Assembly (NCBI GenBank): GCA_051294375.1
Contig: CM119268.1
Location: forward strand, 14,776,210 to 14,840,209
Reading direction: 5' to 3'
From: Paraspadella gotoi
Lineage: Eukaryota; Animalia; Chaetognatha
DNA: 64,000 nucleotides
The stretch's first letter is position 1, and each line of letters starts with the position of its first letter. Position numbers and translations under genes: made by a program. This document shows positions 28,640 through 40,670 of this stretch, piece by piece. The notes under the pieces were generated by a model that saw nothing but the letters and a program-made list of their open reading frames with translations, did no database searches and was not told where the DNA came from.

Positions 28640-29860
28640 GAAATTAAAATGATTAATTATCAAGATGCCAGTTTCAACGTCTCTCCCTACCCTGATACAG
28701 AATCTTTAAAAGTTAAAAAACTGTTTTCTTGGCCACCATGTCCACTTGTTTTCTGATGAGAGACTTTCGTTTGTTCTTCGGTTTTCTAGGTGGCTCTGAT
28801 CGTTCCAATACGTGCACCATTGCCTGTTCTTTTGTCAGGCCATCATCTCTTTGTAGTCGCTTTAGTTTTCCTGCCAAGCAGAGAGTATTTTATGAAAATG
28901 AATGATTTAATATTATTATATGCATCTAGACTTAATTAGACATATTTTAGATGCATTCTAATTAGTGGTTTGGTTATTTACATAAGTTTAAATTTTGATT
29001 AAATTTTCTCGATAATATTATTTAAAACATAAATTGAAAAAAACTAGTAATAAGATATTTTCTTTTTCAGTTATCTTTTCATTTTTTTGTCCTTTGTTCT
29101 CACAGAAAGTTAATGGTAAAGGTAACACGGCAATCGTTAATAACGGCAAATATTTCATGTTAAATCTGATTAAAAAATTGAAGAAAATTAGTGGGAGCCA
29201 CTTTTATTTATTTCTAATTCAAACAAAATTTGAACATCTATTAGCAAGCGAAGTCGTAGAAATAAAAGTATCACGGTTTCAGTCAACAAAAATTGGATAA
29301 AAATAATCTAAGTTCTGTCAATGATATTTTGATTAACAATTGGCCATTTAATTCGGATAATTTGCATGTACGTGTTTTGATCTAAAAATAAATTTAATAC
29401 TATCAATCATTAGCTCCATGTCGATCTAATTAAAAAGGTAATCACTAATTATAACAATTCAAGCGTTTGGTATGATATTGCTTTTGGTTACTAAATGTAA
29501 CATGACAATACTTTTCTGTTCTGACTGGTCCTCATAGAGCTCATCAAAAAATAATTAGGCTTGACTTTAAAAGTATTAAAAAGTAAAGTAGTAAAACTCG
29601 ATTTTTTAAAAACGGCCATAATTGTTTCATGGACTTGCTCTCCAGCCGGAAAGAAAAGATTGCCATTTTCAGACGAACAAAAAATCAGAATTCATTTTGC
29701 GATACTTTCTACAGTAATGTTACTAATTCGTATTTGGTTTTACGATTTGGGATAGAATATGTAAGCACAGATATATTTTTGCCATTTTTCTTGCAATTCT
29801 GTGCTCAATTGTTTTGGGAAACACAAACATATCATACATGAAATATACATCTATACTCGG
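28640..29860 (-). mobile_element. Possible degenerate DNA-transposon (P/THAP9-like or MULE-like) coding relic
   Basis: Minus-strand fragments IARKMAKIYLC (~29760-29800), NGNLFFPAGEQVHETIMAVF (~29610-29670) and an acceptor-led GKLKRLQRDDGLTKEQAMVHVLERSEPPRKPKNKRK (~28715-28870) loosely resemble transposase C-terminal regions. No TIRs identified. Confidence 0.25.
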
Positions 29861-30169
29861 GGTTTAAAATGACTTTCTTTTACCTCAACATATATGTCAT
29901 GGCGTTTCATATTTTCAAACATAATAAATATACACCAACGGTAATATATTAACACATGTCTCAAAAATTGTTGGTTGATTTACAGCGAGGTCATGCACGA
30001 AATTGCATTAAAACGAAAACAAATTTTTTTATTAAAAAAAAAACTCTTTTGAATCTGACTTTATGTTTAAAGTTAATGTTATAAACCGCAAAGTAGGAAT
30101 TATTATTTTCTCATCACTGTTAGTTTCAAAAATGTTAAGAATTCTGAGAAACTTTTTAATGGTTAGACA

Positions 30170-30295
30170 GATGGAGGGTTGAATTTAAGACGTTGGTTCC
30201 TTACGGGCCAGCTGGACCATTGTCATGCCCCATATGAGAGACCAGATCCATCCGACCATGATTGGGCACGTTAAAATCTAAGAAGAAGAAACAAA
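30170..30295 (+). mobile_element. SINE/LINE-type 3' tail fragment
   Basis: Ends in GATTGGGCACGTTAAAATCT(AAG)n, resembling invertebrate SINE 3' ends. Confidence 0.3.
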
Positions 30296-30624
30296 CTTAA
30301 AATATTAATAATGTTAAAAACATACTTTTAATCAGTTTTAATCAGGATTAATCATCAGACGGGCTTCGGCTACTCTCGGTGGAAATAAATTATTATCTTT
30401 TGTTTCATTCACAAACCTGCAAGAGAGCAGCACATATATTGATGAGAAATCCTTCACATTTGCTTTCCAACGCATGAGGGAAACAAAGTGACAGGAAGGC
30501 GGCGAAAAACGTTCCTGAAATCGAAAAAAAATATTTATTAAAAAAACCAGAGGTGAAACGAAATAATATAGTTATTTTTAAAGAAACAAGTTTGAGCAAA
30601 CAATTTCGTATCTGCCAACGATCA

Positions 30625-31270
30625 TTAACGGTAATTAATTAATTAATAATTAAATAATTCAAGTTAATTAATTAATTAATTAACTAAATTATTTTTGACC
30701 CGAAATGTTTGTTTTGATTGATTAACTGACTGATTAATTAATTATTGATTAATTAATTGACCAATTGATTAAGTAACTGATTAATTGTTTGATTAATTAA
30801 TACATCTTGCATCTACATTTAATATAAAAAGAAAAAGAAGCATAATCAATTAGTGAAACAGCTTTTTGGTTTTTTTCCATTTAAACTCATTTCCACTCAA
30901 ACGATTCCATCAAAACTTAATTTCCAGCTTAATCACACACTTTCCCTCCCACATACAAAATTTAAGGTCAATCACCCCATCCACTCATGAGTAATTGGTG
31001 TTCAAATAATGAAATATATTTTTTTGTCTTTTCCATTTAGACTCATTTCCACTCGGACGATTCCATCGAAACTTCATATCCAGCTCAATCACACACTTCC
31101 ATACCCACACACAAAATTTCATTTCAATCCATCCATCCAATCACGAGTAATTGGAGTTTTTGCTAAAGTGGGACGGACGGACAGACAGACGGACGGACAG
31201 ACAGACGGACAGACGGACGGACATCATTTTTTTTTGCATACTTTATCATAATTCGACGTTCTGACATGAT
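30625..31270 (+). mobile_element. Helentron/HINE (DINE-1-like) element with internal ~165-bp tandem duplication
   Basis: (GGAC/AGAC)n microsatellite at 31171-31222 preceded by AAAATTTCA..CAATC motif; diverged internal repeats at ~30870-31005 and ~31030-31160; (TAAT)n tract at 30630-30800. Confidence 0.6.
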
Positions 31271-31819
31271 ATAAGTGAATGTCCGACAATATTGAGGGGA
31301 CGGACCGACAAAGTGAATTATAGAGTCGGGATCTGCTAATAAGCAGATCCGACTAAAAATGTTTTTAATAATGATATGGTAACAGCCACGAAATAAAAAC
31401 TTCTCAGTTCTCACGATTCAGTTACAGAAACACGTAGAAAATCGTTCACAATAGATACAATCGAAAGAAAGGAGAGAGAGAGAGAGAGAGAGAGAGAGCA
31501 GATGAGAGCACGAGAGAGAGAGAGAGAGAGAGAGTAGAATGGCATCGGTGGATACAATCGAAAGAAAGGAGAGAGAGAGAGAGATTTGATTTGCTGTGAT
31601 TTATTCTGCTCATAATGTCAATAAAACACATTTACAATCACAAGATCGTAAGAGAGCCGTACATGATAATAGAAATAGAAAATTTAAAAAAAAAACATAA
31701 CAAAAGATTGAAAATTCATTGAATAAATAAATAAGGAAATGGTAAATTAAAAAAAATAGAAAGAGAGAGAGATAGATAGAGAGAGAGAAAGAGAGAGAGA
31801 GAAAGAGAGAGAGAGTGAT

Positions 31820-34800
31820 AATGATGATAACAAAAACTTAAAATGCCGAAGCATAAGTTTAGGGCATATTAGTAGTTTAAAGTAAAACGTGCCAGGGCGC
31901 ACGAGCGGTCTAGGCGGTTAAAATAATTTACCGGAGTAACTGGTAAAAGGAAGCTGCCGCACTTGGGGTTAGGGGACAATACTAGGGGTCTACGTCGTTT
32001 CTTAGAATGAGGAAAATTTCAATGGAGATTTTCGTTAAAAATATGACTACAATAATGTCAAGCGCTGGGAAATTAGAGTAAATAAACAGAATGTAAAAAC
32101 ACTCGATTCGATCTGTTAATCTGAAGGGCTAGCATTTTTTCCTCTTGACACATCATTTTGACATCGAACCATTGATTAAATGGATGGTCGCGTCGAGAAA
32201 GTTTTTTGCCGCAATTTTATATATAAATAAAGGGTTTCCTCAACTTCAATACATGTCAACGCATTTTAAAGGTATGTTGTCATTTTCAATAAACTGAATT
32301 CAGGAATCGGATAGCAATGATGTCTGAAGGGCTTCAAATTCTTTACATTTCAATTTGTTATTTTGAATATGAACGATATGTTTAAAGTGAATTATCATCT
32401 TTGGTGAAATTTTATTAAAGGTAAAGTAAAAGAGGAGCTAACGATCAGAATCTAAGAGTTTTCAACCGGCGATCAGATTCGGAAAAAATTTATATGGCGA
32501 AATATCCAAAGAAAGGGTGAATTTTCCGCAAGATTTTAGGTTAGAATATTTTATTTTTATGTCCGGATTTTTTGAAACTAAAATAGAATATTGCCATCAT
32601 CTAACATTGGCCGTAAAGATATATATTAAGAAAAACCTCTGACTTTTTTCGTCATAGCTAGTCTAACAATATATATCTAGGGCTTCGTGCGCCACGCGCG
32701 GTCTTAGGGCTACTTGATGCTATGTTAACGGAATACTCCTATGTATCAATAAAAGTTGTGAGATAACACTCTTATTTAAGATGTTCACAACATAATAAGC
32801 AACATTGAAAAATGAAAATGTGAGCTAAGCAGATAACATTTCATATCAGATAATTAGTATGCTAACACGAAAAACAGTTTATCTTCAAATACGACGGTTA
32901 CTTGACGCGTGATAGACGATCAGTTTACGAAGTGCAGCTTGAAGTGAAGACGTTTGCTTGAAGGATCTTTCACGGTTGCACTGATGAGTTTGTACTCCAG
33001 AGTTTTTGTAAACTTCCTTTATTCGAGTTATTAAAGAAGATAAAGTTTATTTACTATAGTGTACTATCGTTTGGTCTATTTCAATTGGGGGTAGCCATTT
33101 CTAATAACGCCTTGTTATTGCTTTGTTTGTCACTCTTCGAAGCGTTTATTTTCGCTGACGATATTTACTTTTATACATGTTTAAGTACATCTTGGAGTGC
33201 AAAAATTTTTAAGTGCTCTTATTGTTTTTCGCTCACTTGCGTTTAAGTAACTATTTTTATTCTTATATATTTTGAATATCAAGATGTCTACGTATTGATT
33301 GTGTATGAATTTTTTTATTTTCCGCAGTGTACTCGGAATTGGAATATAACATATTGAACGTATTAAAGATTGTCTATATAAGTTAAACAAATTAAGTATT
33401 AATTTGGATGATTTTGGGTTCATTACTATTAATTTTCCTAAGGATAACTTAAGCGTGATGATGCTTTCTGAGTTAGGAGTTTATATGGTCCTTCATAGTA
33501 CGTTTCCTGTCAAATTGAACGCCGAGAAAACTGACTTTTCGACGACTGATACTGGTGCTCTAAGAGTTTAGGTTCAACGTTGACGAACGATGTCGTTGAA
33601 GTCGCTGAAGACACGTAATTTCGACTTGTGAGGCGCGAGTTTTTAGTCTCATTTGCGCATCCCATTCAATCCTTTGATTAGTTGCATCCTAGGTTCCCTT
33701 TCCAGTGGGCTTTCTGCACCGTCCCGGCTTGCCCTGGTTGTTCTGAAACTGTGCTGGATCATTGCACGTGCTTCTTCAAAGACATGCGGTGTGTACATTT
33801 GAAAAGATCAGGACTGGATATACCTCTTGGGCGTTCCTGTGTTATGCAAGAAAGTTCTGAAGAATTCTTTACCCTCGTAAACCCTTATTGCTTCTGTCCT
33901 GTTAGGAATCCGCTGATATTCTTAAAAGTGCTTGGGCTTATATTTTTCTTGAGAAGTTATCGAAGTCCGTTCGCAACACATCGGTGGTCGAAGCTAAATT
34001 CAACAATCTAAAAAGAGCCCTAATAAGGGCATTTCTTTTGACGAAAGGCTTGGTTAGAAGTTTACAAACTTATGTTGAAAGAGATGAATCTTGCGGGTTC
34101 TATGCCTTTTGTAACCACTCTGGAAGTTTGTTTCGAAGTCTGCTATCCAAGGCTTTTATGAGTCTTGGTTTGATTAGCACGCTCAAAAACTTGCCACGCA
34201 TGATAAAAGACTATTGGTCAGTGTTTTTTGCTTGTCCTCCAAGTTTTTTCCTTTTTCGGAAGCGTAATTAGTTTTGCTATTTCCAGTGTTTTTGGATAAT
34301 AACCCCTCTGCCAACAAATGTTATATATTTTTTAGTTAAATAATCATTTTCTTTGCCGGAGCCTTTATCTTTGTAGTAAATCGTCTGTCACTGGTGCGGA
34401 ATCTGTTTTTGCAGTGATTTTAAACTGTTATTATTTGTGTAGACTGAAGTTCGGACTCTTTTCGTTTTCTTCTCGTGCTTATTTCTAATGATTTGAGGTT
34501 ATTTTCTTGTTGCAAATTGTTACCTCTTTCCATTGAATCCATACATAAGCTGGACTAAGTGTTGGATTATATAACTTTTAATGTCGATCAGCATGAGTTT
34601 AGCTCTTTCTTACGTTTATTGCCCAGTTCCTCATCTCTTTTTAAAGGAGGTAAGGCATTTTGATGTTTTCAATGTTTGCTATTCTTGTAATATTTGACCT
34701 TTTTTTAATTCGCATACGGAAGTGTGTGCCATCAAGTTATTTTTCCTTTCCAATGCTTTCTTCTGTCTGGATAGACTTTCCTTAGGAGGGGCACTGATTT

Positions 34801-37800
34801 ATTATAGGCTTCCGGATAATTCTTAAGTTTTATTGGTCTACGTCATGATTCTCTCCAGTTGTGATTTCTTTTAAATTTAAAAGAATATATTGGACCTCTT
34901 GAGAGTTTGATGCCTAGTTTGATGGGTATTGGTTTTGGGTTTTTTGTTGCGCTTGCTGTCTCTTATTTCTGTTGAAAATTTTTTCGTTAATGTCTCTAGT
35001 TCTTCATTTGTAATTTGTTGTTAGTATCAGTGTTTTGTGTTATTTTGAGTATTTTGTGTATGTCTCTAATTTATCACCTTTTCTATCTTGTTGTTATCCG
35101 TGTTTTGATTTTTTTATCTCTAATATATGTGGGTGGTGATCACTTGTATTGGATTCTAGAACTTTTCCAAATTCCAGTCCTTTCATTGATTCTGTTTGCT
35201 ATGCTTAAGTTAGCTATGCTCTTGCGTTGGCTTGAAAAACTGAATATCGTTGGTTACCCCGCTATTAATACACGACATGGTAATCATCATTAATTTTCAA
35301 TGCATGCCTTCATTGTCTGGGTTGGATTCAGAGTTGAAATCTTTGCAATTCATGTCGCCAGTGAATTATTTTATGGTGTGCCCGATCGCTCTTATTTTCG
35401 ATTCTTCTAAACTTATCTCAAAGAATTTTGGTACTTTTTGTGCCTGGATGGCGTATAATTGTTCTTGCAATAAGGAGCCGTTCTGTTGTTATTTAATTTA
35501 CATTAAAATTCACTTCTTTGTCGTCACTCTTTTAATAATTTCTTTATATATATTGTTTGGGTACAGCAATTGCTACTTTCCGCTGGACCCTGCTTGTCTT
35601 GGGGTGTCTCTCTTAAGGTATATAATTTTTAACGGGCATAATGTCTCTTTTTTAGTCTGTATCATTAGAGCATGATAAGCGAGTTAATGCAGGAGTTTTT
35701 TATTACTATGTATTCATCTAATAGGCGTTTAATCTCTAAGTCTTGTTTTAGCGGTTTGTATTATCCTGAATGAAAGACTATACATGTCCCGCTGTTACAT
35801 TCATTTCTTGATTTGATGTAGTAAGTCTGCGCGTCAATGCGTTTTGTTGCTGGTAATGTTTGCATGTTGATAAAGTTGCGGCGGCTCGTTCATCGTGCTG
35901 AAAGCATCATAGGAGGTACGCAAGCATTGTTGCAGAACATGCGTGTGCTTGAAGTTGGTCTGATTGTTGTAACATTCTGGTCGAGACAGACTGGCGTTGG
36001 TCTGACATCCCCCTGAAATGGTTGTATCATTGGCACTGGTAGGCCACTTGTGTGTCCCAATGAACCTGAATGATCGTTCAACTGTTGTATGAGGAGTCTG
36101 TATAATTCACCGGTTTTGTGGCTCGTTACTCTGGATTGCATCTTCAAAGTTGGTTACCGAGATGTTGTACTGAATGGATTTGCAATTGGTCCAAGGTGCC
36201 GTTCGTTGAGATTGTTGCTCCTCTAAAATGATCAGTCTCTCGTGCACTGTCAAGTCTTCTTCCGATGATTCATTTTATCTTGGGTGGAACGTGACAGCTT
36301 GGGGTCTCCTGTTGCATGGTTAACCTGAAGGAGCGTAAGAATGTTGTAAGTAGTTTCTGATACTCTTGGTTCTTACAACTTCGCGGTGTCATTCGGCATT
36401 CTTCTCCTTTGTGTGGGATCTTCCAATCATTATTTCTTTGTTATTCTTATCTCTATTATTTACGGGCTAGTGCACTTTTGGAACCCACTCTGGGAGTGAT
36501 CCACATGTTTTAGACTTTACGACATCCAGTGCACATAGTGCGATTTATAATCTCCCTCTTTTCTTCTTGTTTCATATTCTTTTGGCCTTGCGTTCTTGCG
36601 TTAATTCTTTCCTTGGCTTCTCAATACTATATGTTGATTGGCAGTTTGTATGTTGTTTCTTCGGATCTTCTCTGTTTTGGTCATAGTGAGCGTATCATAT
36701 GGGCACTCTATAAAAGTTGCCCGGGAGTTTGCCTCGGCAGTTTATACATTTTACTCTTCATACAAGTTTTGTGAACAGTCTCTACTCGATGTTACGCGCA
36801 GGAACGAGTCGGTTGCTTGTTCACATTGGAAGTCACGTTGAACTATTTTAAGAACATTAATCTAAGTGATTGTAATGTATTTGAAGCCTCATCAATAGCT
36901 TTGGCTTTATTGAGTTCTTTCTAGTGCTTATTTTTTACGTCTCATAAGTGGGCTATTGTTCTTTCCGAACGAATTCTTTTGAACCTCCGATGGGGTATAC
37001 GAGTCTTTGGTAGCTGCTCATGATTTTTCTCCTGATTCTGGTCACTCTCGTAGCAGCACGTTTTGTTCAGGATTATTAATCCTGATAGCCTAGTTTGAAG
37101 AAATTGTGTTCGTTTTAAGCCACATCTGTCGATATTCAGAAGTGCATTATTATCTCTTGATTTGCTCCAATAAGTATATCTGCCCTTTGGCTTAAGTTTA
37201 ATTCATCGATATAGTATGCGGTTACTTCTTCAATATTGCAAACATGTTGTTTTCTGTCTTTTTTAACTTCTCAGCCATAGTACTGCCTATAAGCGGACAT
37301 TTTGCGGTACGATACCTACTGTTCTCTGTTTGGTTTGTGCCTGAACTGTTTGCTCGGAGTCGATGGTTGGTTCTTGCGCCATAACTTGGTGTGTGGCACG
37401 TAGTTGGACATAGACTAATGCACTCGTTTGGAAGCTGTTCTCTTTGTTCTTTTCCGCTCTTTCGGCTGCTTGGGGTTTCTGAGTATTCAAAGAGACATTC
37501 GGCTAGTGTGTCTATTTTGTTGGATATGTTGATTTTCTGTTCAAATTCGCTGTTTTTCAATTATACTTTGAATTTGAAATTCGTCGTAATTTAGATTCGC
37601 GAGGAACTTTTCGATTCTTTCTTTTCCCGTACTGCTTTCTGACTGTTGACTCGAGTTCTTTGATTCATTATACCGCGATTTGATCGTATCTGACTTTGAA
37701 TTTATATTTCGAATATCTGAGTTGAATTCTTAAAAGCAGATAAATGAGGTTTGGATTTGCTATTAGCTGAGGTATTACCGCATTTAAGTAGGGATAAGTT

Positions 37801-37893
37801 GTACTTTGGCTTGATTTCGTTGAAAAATTTTAAAGTCAGATTTGGCAAAAAAAAGATTCGAGATCAGAGGATAGTTCGTTCCGGTTCGGTGGT
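31820..37893 (-). mobile_element. Decayed, apparently full-length non-LTR retrotransposon (ORF1 ~37670-35900; ORF2 APE+RT+C-terminal finger ~35800-32750)
   Basis: Motifs in the correct order on the minus strand. APE: GKVAIAV (~35570), FTGDMNCK (~35345-35365), NTSDHHP (~35130-35150). RT: YPK..IAKLITLPKK (~34255-34298), PI.LLS..GK-like (~34190-34220), FLD...AFD-like (~33985-34015), GTP.G..SPDLF (~33800-33845), DFNDIV (~33585-33605), KVSFLGVQFDRK (~33505-33540). Many stops and frameshifts. Whether 31820-32640 belongs to the same copy is uncertain. Confidence 0.85.
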
Positions 37894-38009
37894 CAGAGAG
37901 AGAGGGAGAGAAGAGAAGAAAGAGAGGAGAGAGAGAGAGAGAGGAAGGAGAGAGAAGAGAGAGATAGAGAGAGAGAAAGAGAGAGAGAGAGAGATAGAGA
38001 GAGAGAAAT

Positions 38010-38420
38010 GAATTTTGAATTTGAATTTAATTTCAATGGGGCTTTAGGCACAAAATAAAACATAGGCATAAAAAGCTACTTTATTACATTTAAGTCTACG
38101 AATTTAGGCATTCATCATGAAATCTTTCCAATTTACAATTTATGCATGTATTTTCCCTTTGTAAATAATCCCATCCAACAGCGTTTCGATAGGTGAAATG
38201 TTTGTCTGAATAGTATTAGAATTAATATGATTAATAGGCATCGTCAAATAGGTGATTTCCTCGGATAATTCTTTTAATCTCCGTACAGCAAAGTTTTTTA
38301 ACATAGTCAGATAATGGTATTTGGCCTGCGGCATCTAATGTGGCAGCAGTAGGAGTATGACTAGGTAAATTTGAAAAATACGAATGGCTCTTAATTGTAA
38401 GCGATCAAATTTCATCCAGT
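38010..38420 (-). mobile_element. 5'-truncated LINE 3' fragment embedded in an (AG)n tract
   Basis: WMKFDRLQLRAIRIF resembles the post-RT L..LQ..ALR.I segment of LINE ORF2. The frame continues to ~38140, then a short 3'UTR ends in an (AAATTC)n-like tail. Confidence 0.55.
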
Positions 38421-38444
38421 GAGAGAAAAGAGAGAGAGAGAGAA

Positions 38445-38512
<68 letters not shown>

Positions 38513-38546
38513 GAGAGAGAGAGAGAGAGAGAAAAAAAAGAGAGAG

Positions 38547-38587
<41 letters not shown>

Positions 38588-38950
38588 AGTATAAATCGGT
38601 GGACTCGAGCGACGTCAAAGACAATCACCAGCCACTTCCTGACCATTGGGAGAAAGGGTCTCGTTACAGACAACGAAAGTGACAAAGGAAGTTCAAAATT
38701 AGAATGTCTCTCTTTCTCTCTTTCTGTTGCTTGAAAAATGACAGATAAAAATAAACAAAGCGTCTATATAGACTATATAATCAATTATACTCGCGCCCCT
38801 GACTTTCGTCTCACACAAACTATCCGGAACAGAAAGAATCTGTATGTCCGTTCGAAATTTTTTCCGATAACACCCTTCGCTCACTTGGAGGGTCAAGGTT
38901 CGCGAATAATGGGTCGTTGGATTCAGACCCATGGCGTCTATAAAACGAAC

Positions 38951-39042
<92 letters not shown>

Positions 39043-39574
39043 TTTCTATTCACTAAGTGAAGATGAATCAAGAAGAGGTCAATGTTTCTTTTTCAAAGTG
39101 TTTTGTTGTCTTCTATATATATTTTGTAATTTTGTATTTTTAACGAGTCTAAATTCGCGAGCATTTCATAAGATATCATTCTTGGAAAGACGATTTCGGA
39201 CCCAAATGGAGTAACTGACCTTTCGGTGAGACAAATTTGGAGCAAGATGAGTCGGGGCAAGATGAGCATCTTGAACGGATTAGGTTAAAATATATCATTT
39301 GCTGAATTATATTATATTTTATTTACATATGTACTTAAAATAAAAATAAACATGTTTCCAATTAAAAAAATGTATTCATCATGTTTGTAATATCGCTACT
39401 ATTAAAAATTTATGAGTATAATAATTTTCTTTTTTTTTGTCTTATTGTTTAAAGATTTTGACTCTCGAGCTTTCATTTTTTTCCTTTTCTAATCTCCAGA
39501 CTTCAGTTTTTGATTTTTTTTTTTTAATCTCAAGATTCGAGACTGAAAATCAGATTCCCTCTCTCGCTTGACAA

Positions 39575-39910
39575 AAGAGAAAAGGAGTCATCGACCGAGA
39601 GAAGCACCCGCCGCACTCTGTGATAAGAAAGAGCGAAAAAGCAGCCGTCTTGCGACTGGAGGGGAACAAAAAGAACCCGCCTCACTATGGCACAAGAAAG
39701 CGCAAAAAAGCAGCCCCCTTGCGAATAAAAAAGATGAAAAAGGAGCCGCCCCTTTCTGAGATAAGCAATAGGAAAAAGCAATGACCCAGCTCTCCCTTCA
39801 AAAGAAGAAGCGAAAAACAGTCACCTCACCATTATAAAGCAAAAAGGAGCTGCCTCACCCCTAAAAAAAGGTCAAAAGAAGCCGCCTCGCTCCTTGAAAA
39901 GAAAAAGCAA
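39575..39910 (+). repeat. Degenerate ~30-38-bp tandem repeat with core AAAAAG(G/C)AGCCGCCTC
   Basis: About 10 diverged units visible. Confidence 0.6.
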
Positions 39911-40551
39911 TCTGGCTTCCCGCGCAGCTGGTTGGTGCATAAAAAAGACACTTGTATCTTGAAAGCCAATCCGAAAGTTGGAGGAGGCGCAAAATGTTGC
40001 TTTTGTGAGAGGCCTAAAGCTTTTTAACTTAAAAGTTAAAACTTCAAATATTTTGCCTTTGTATTTTTAGGGAAATGATAAAGAGGTGAAAGATAACATA
40101 AAGAATGAGATTAAACCTCGAATCCCTTCTTGCACTACCGTATGTATAGTAACTGAAAAAAATTGAATGTACAGTTACTTTTTAAAAATTCAGTAGAAAT
40201 ACGTAGAGCACCCAATAGCTATCCTGCACTTTTCTTTTCTCTCTCTCTCTCTCTCTTTTTCTCTCTTCCTCTCTCTCTCTTTTTTTTTCCAGAAGTTGAT
40301 GTTGTGAGTCCTATGAACCCTAGAATAAAGCCAAGGGATCATTTGGCAAAACGAGGACGACTAGCATCGGAAAGGGTAAGCGTTCGGGACTCGTTTTTCA
40401 CCCAAGGCCAGAGGGTTTGTTTTGTTACTTGGCCGAAAGGTGACGCTTTTTTTGTCGGCGCGTCTGATGTCGTGGTTCCGATAAACAAAAGACTCTCGCT
40501 TCTCCGCACCCAATCCTTCAGAAGTTAATGAAAGAGGACGACAAAGAGAAA

Positions 40552-40670
<119 letters not shown>

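Noticed and set aside
30320-30375. Hammerhead-like CTGATGA plus hairpin on the minus strand (other CTGATGA hits at ~28754, ~32981 and ~58205)
   Set aside because: The GAAA core is missing and stems I and III cannot be formed.
35015-37594. Plus-strand hydrophobic ORFs
   Set aside because: Antisense to the A-rich strand of the decayed LINE.
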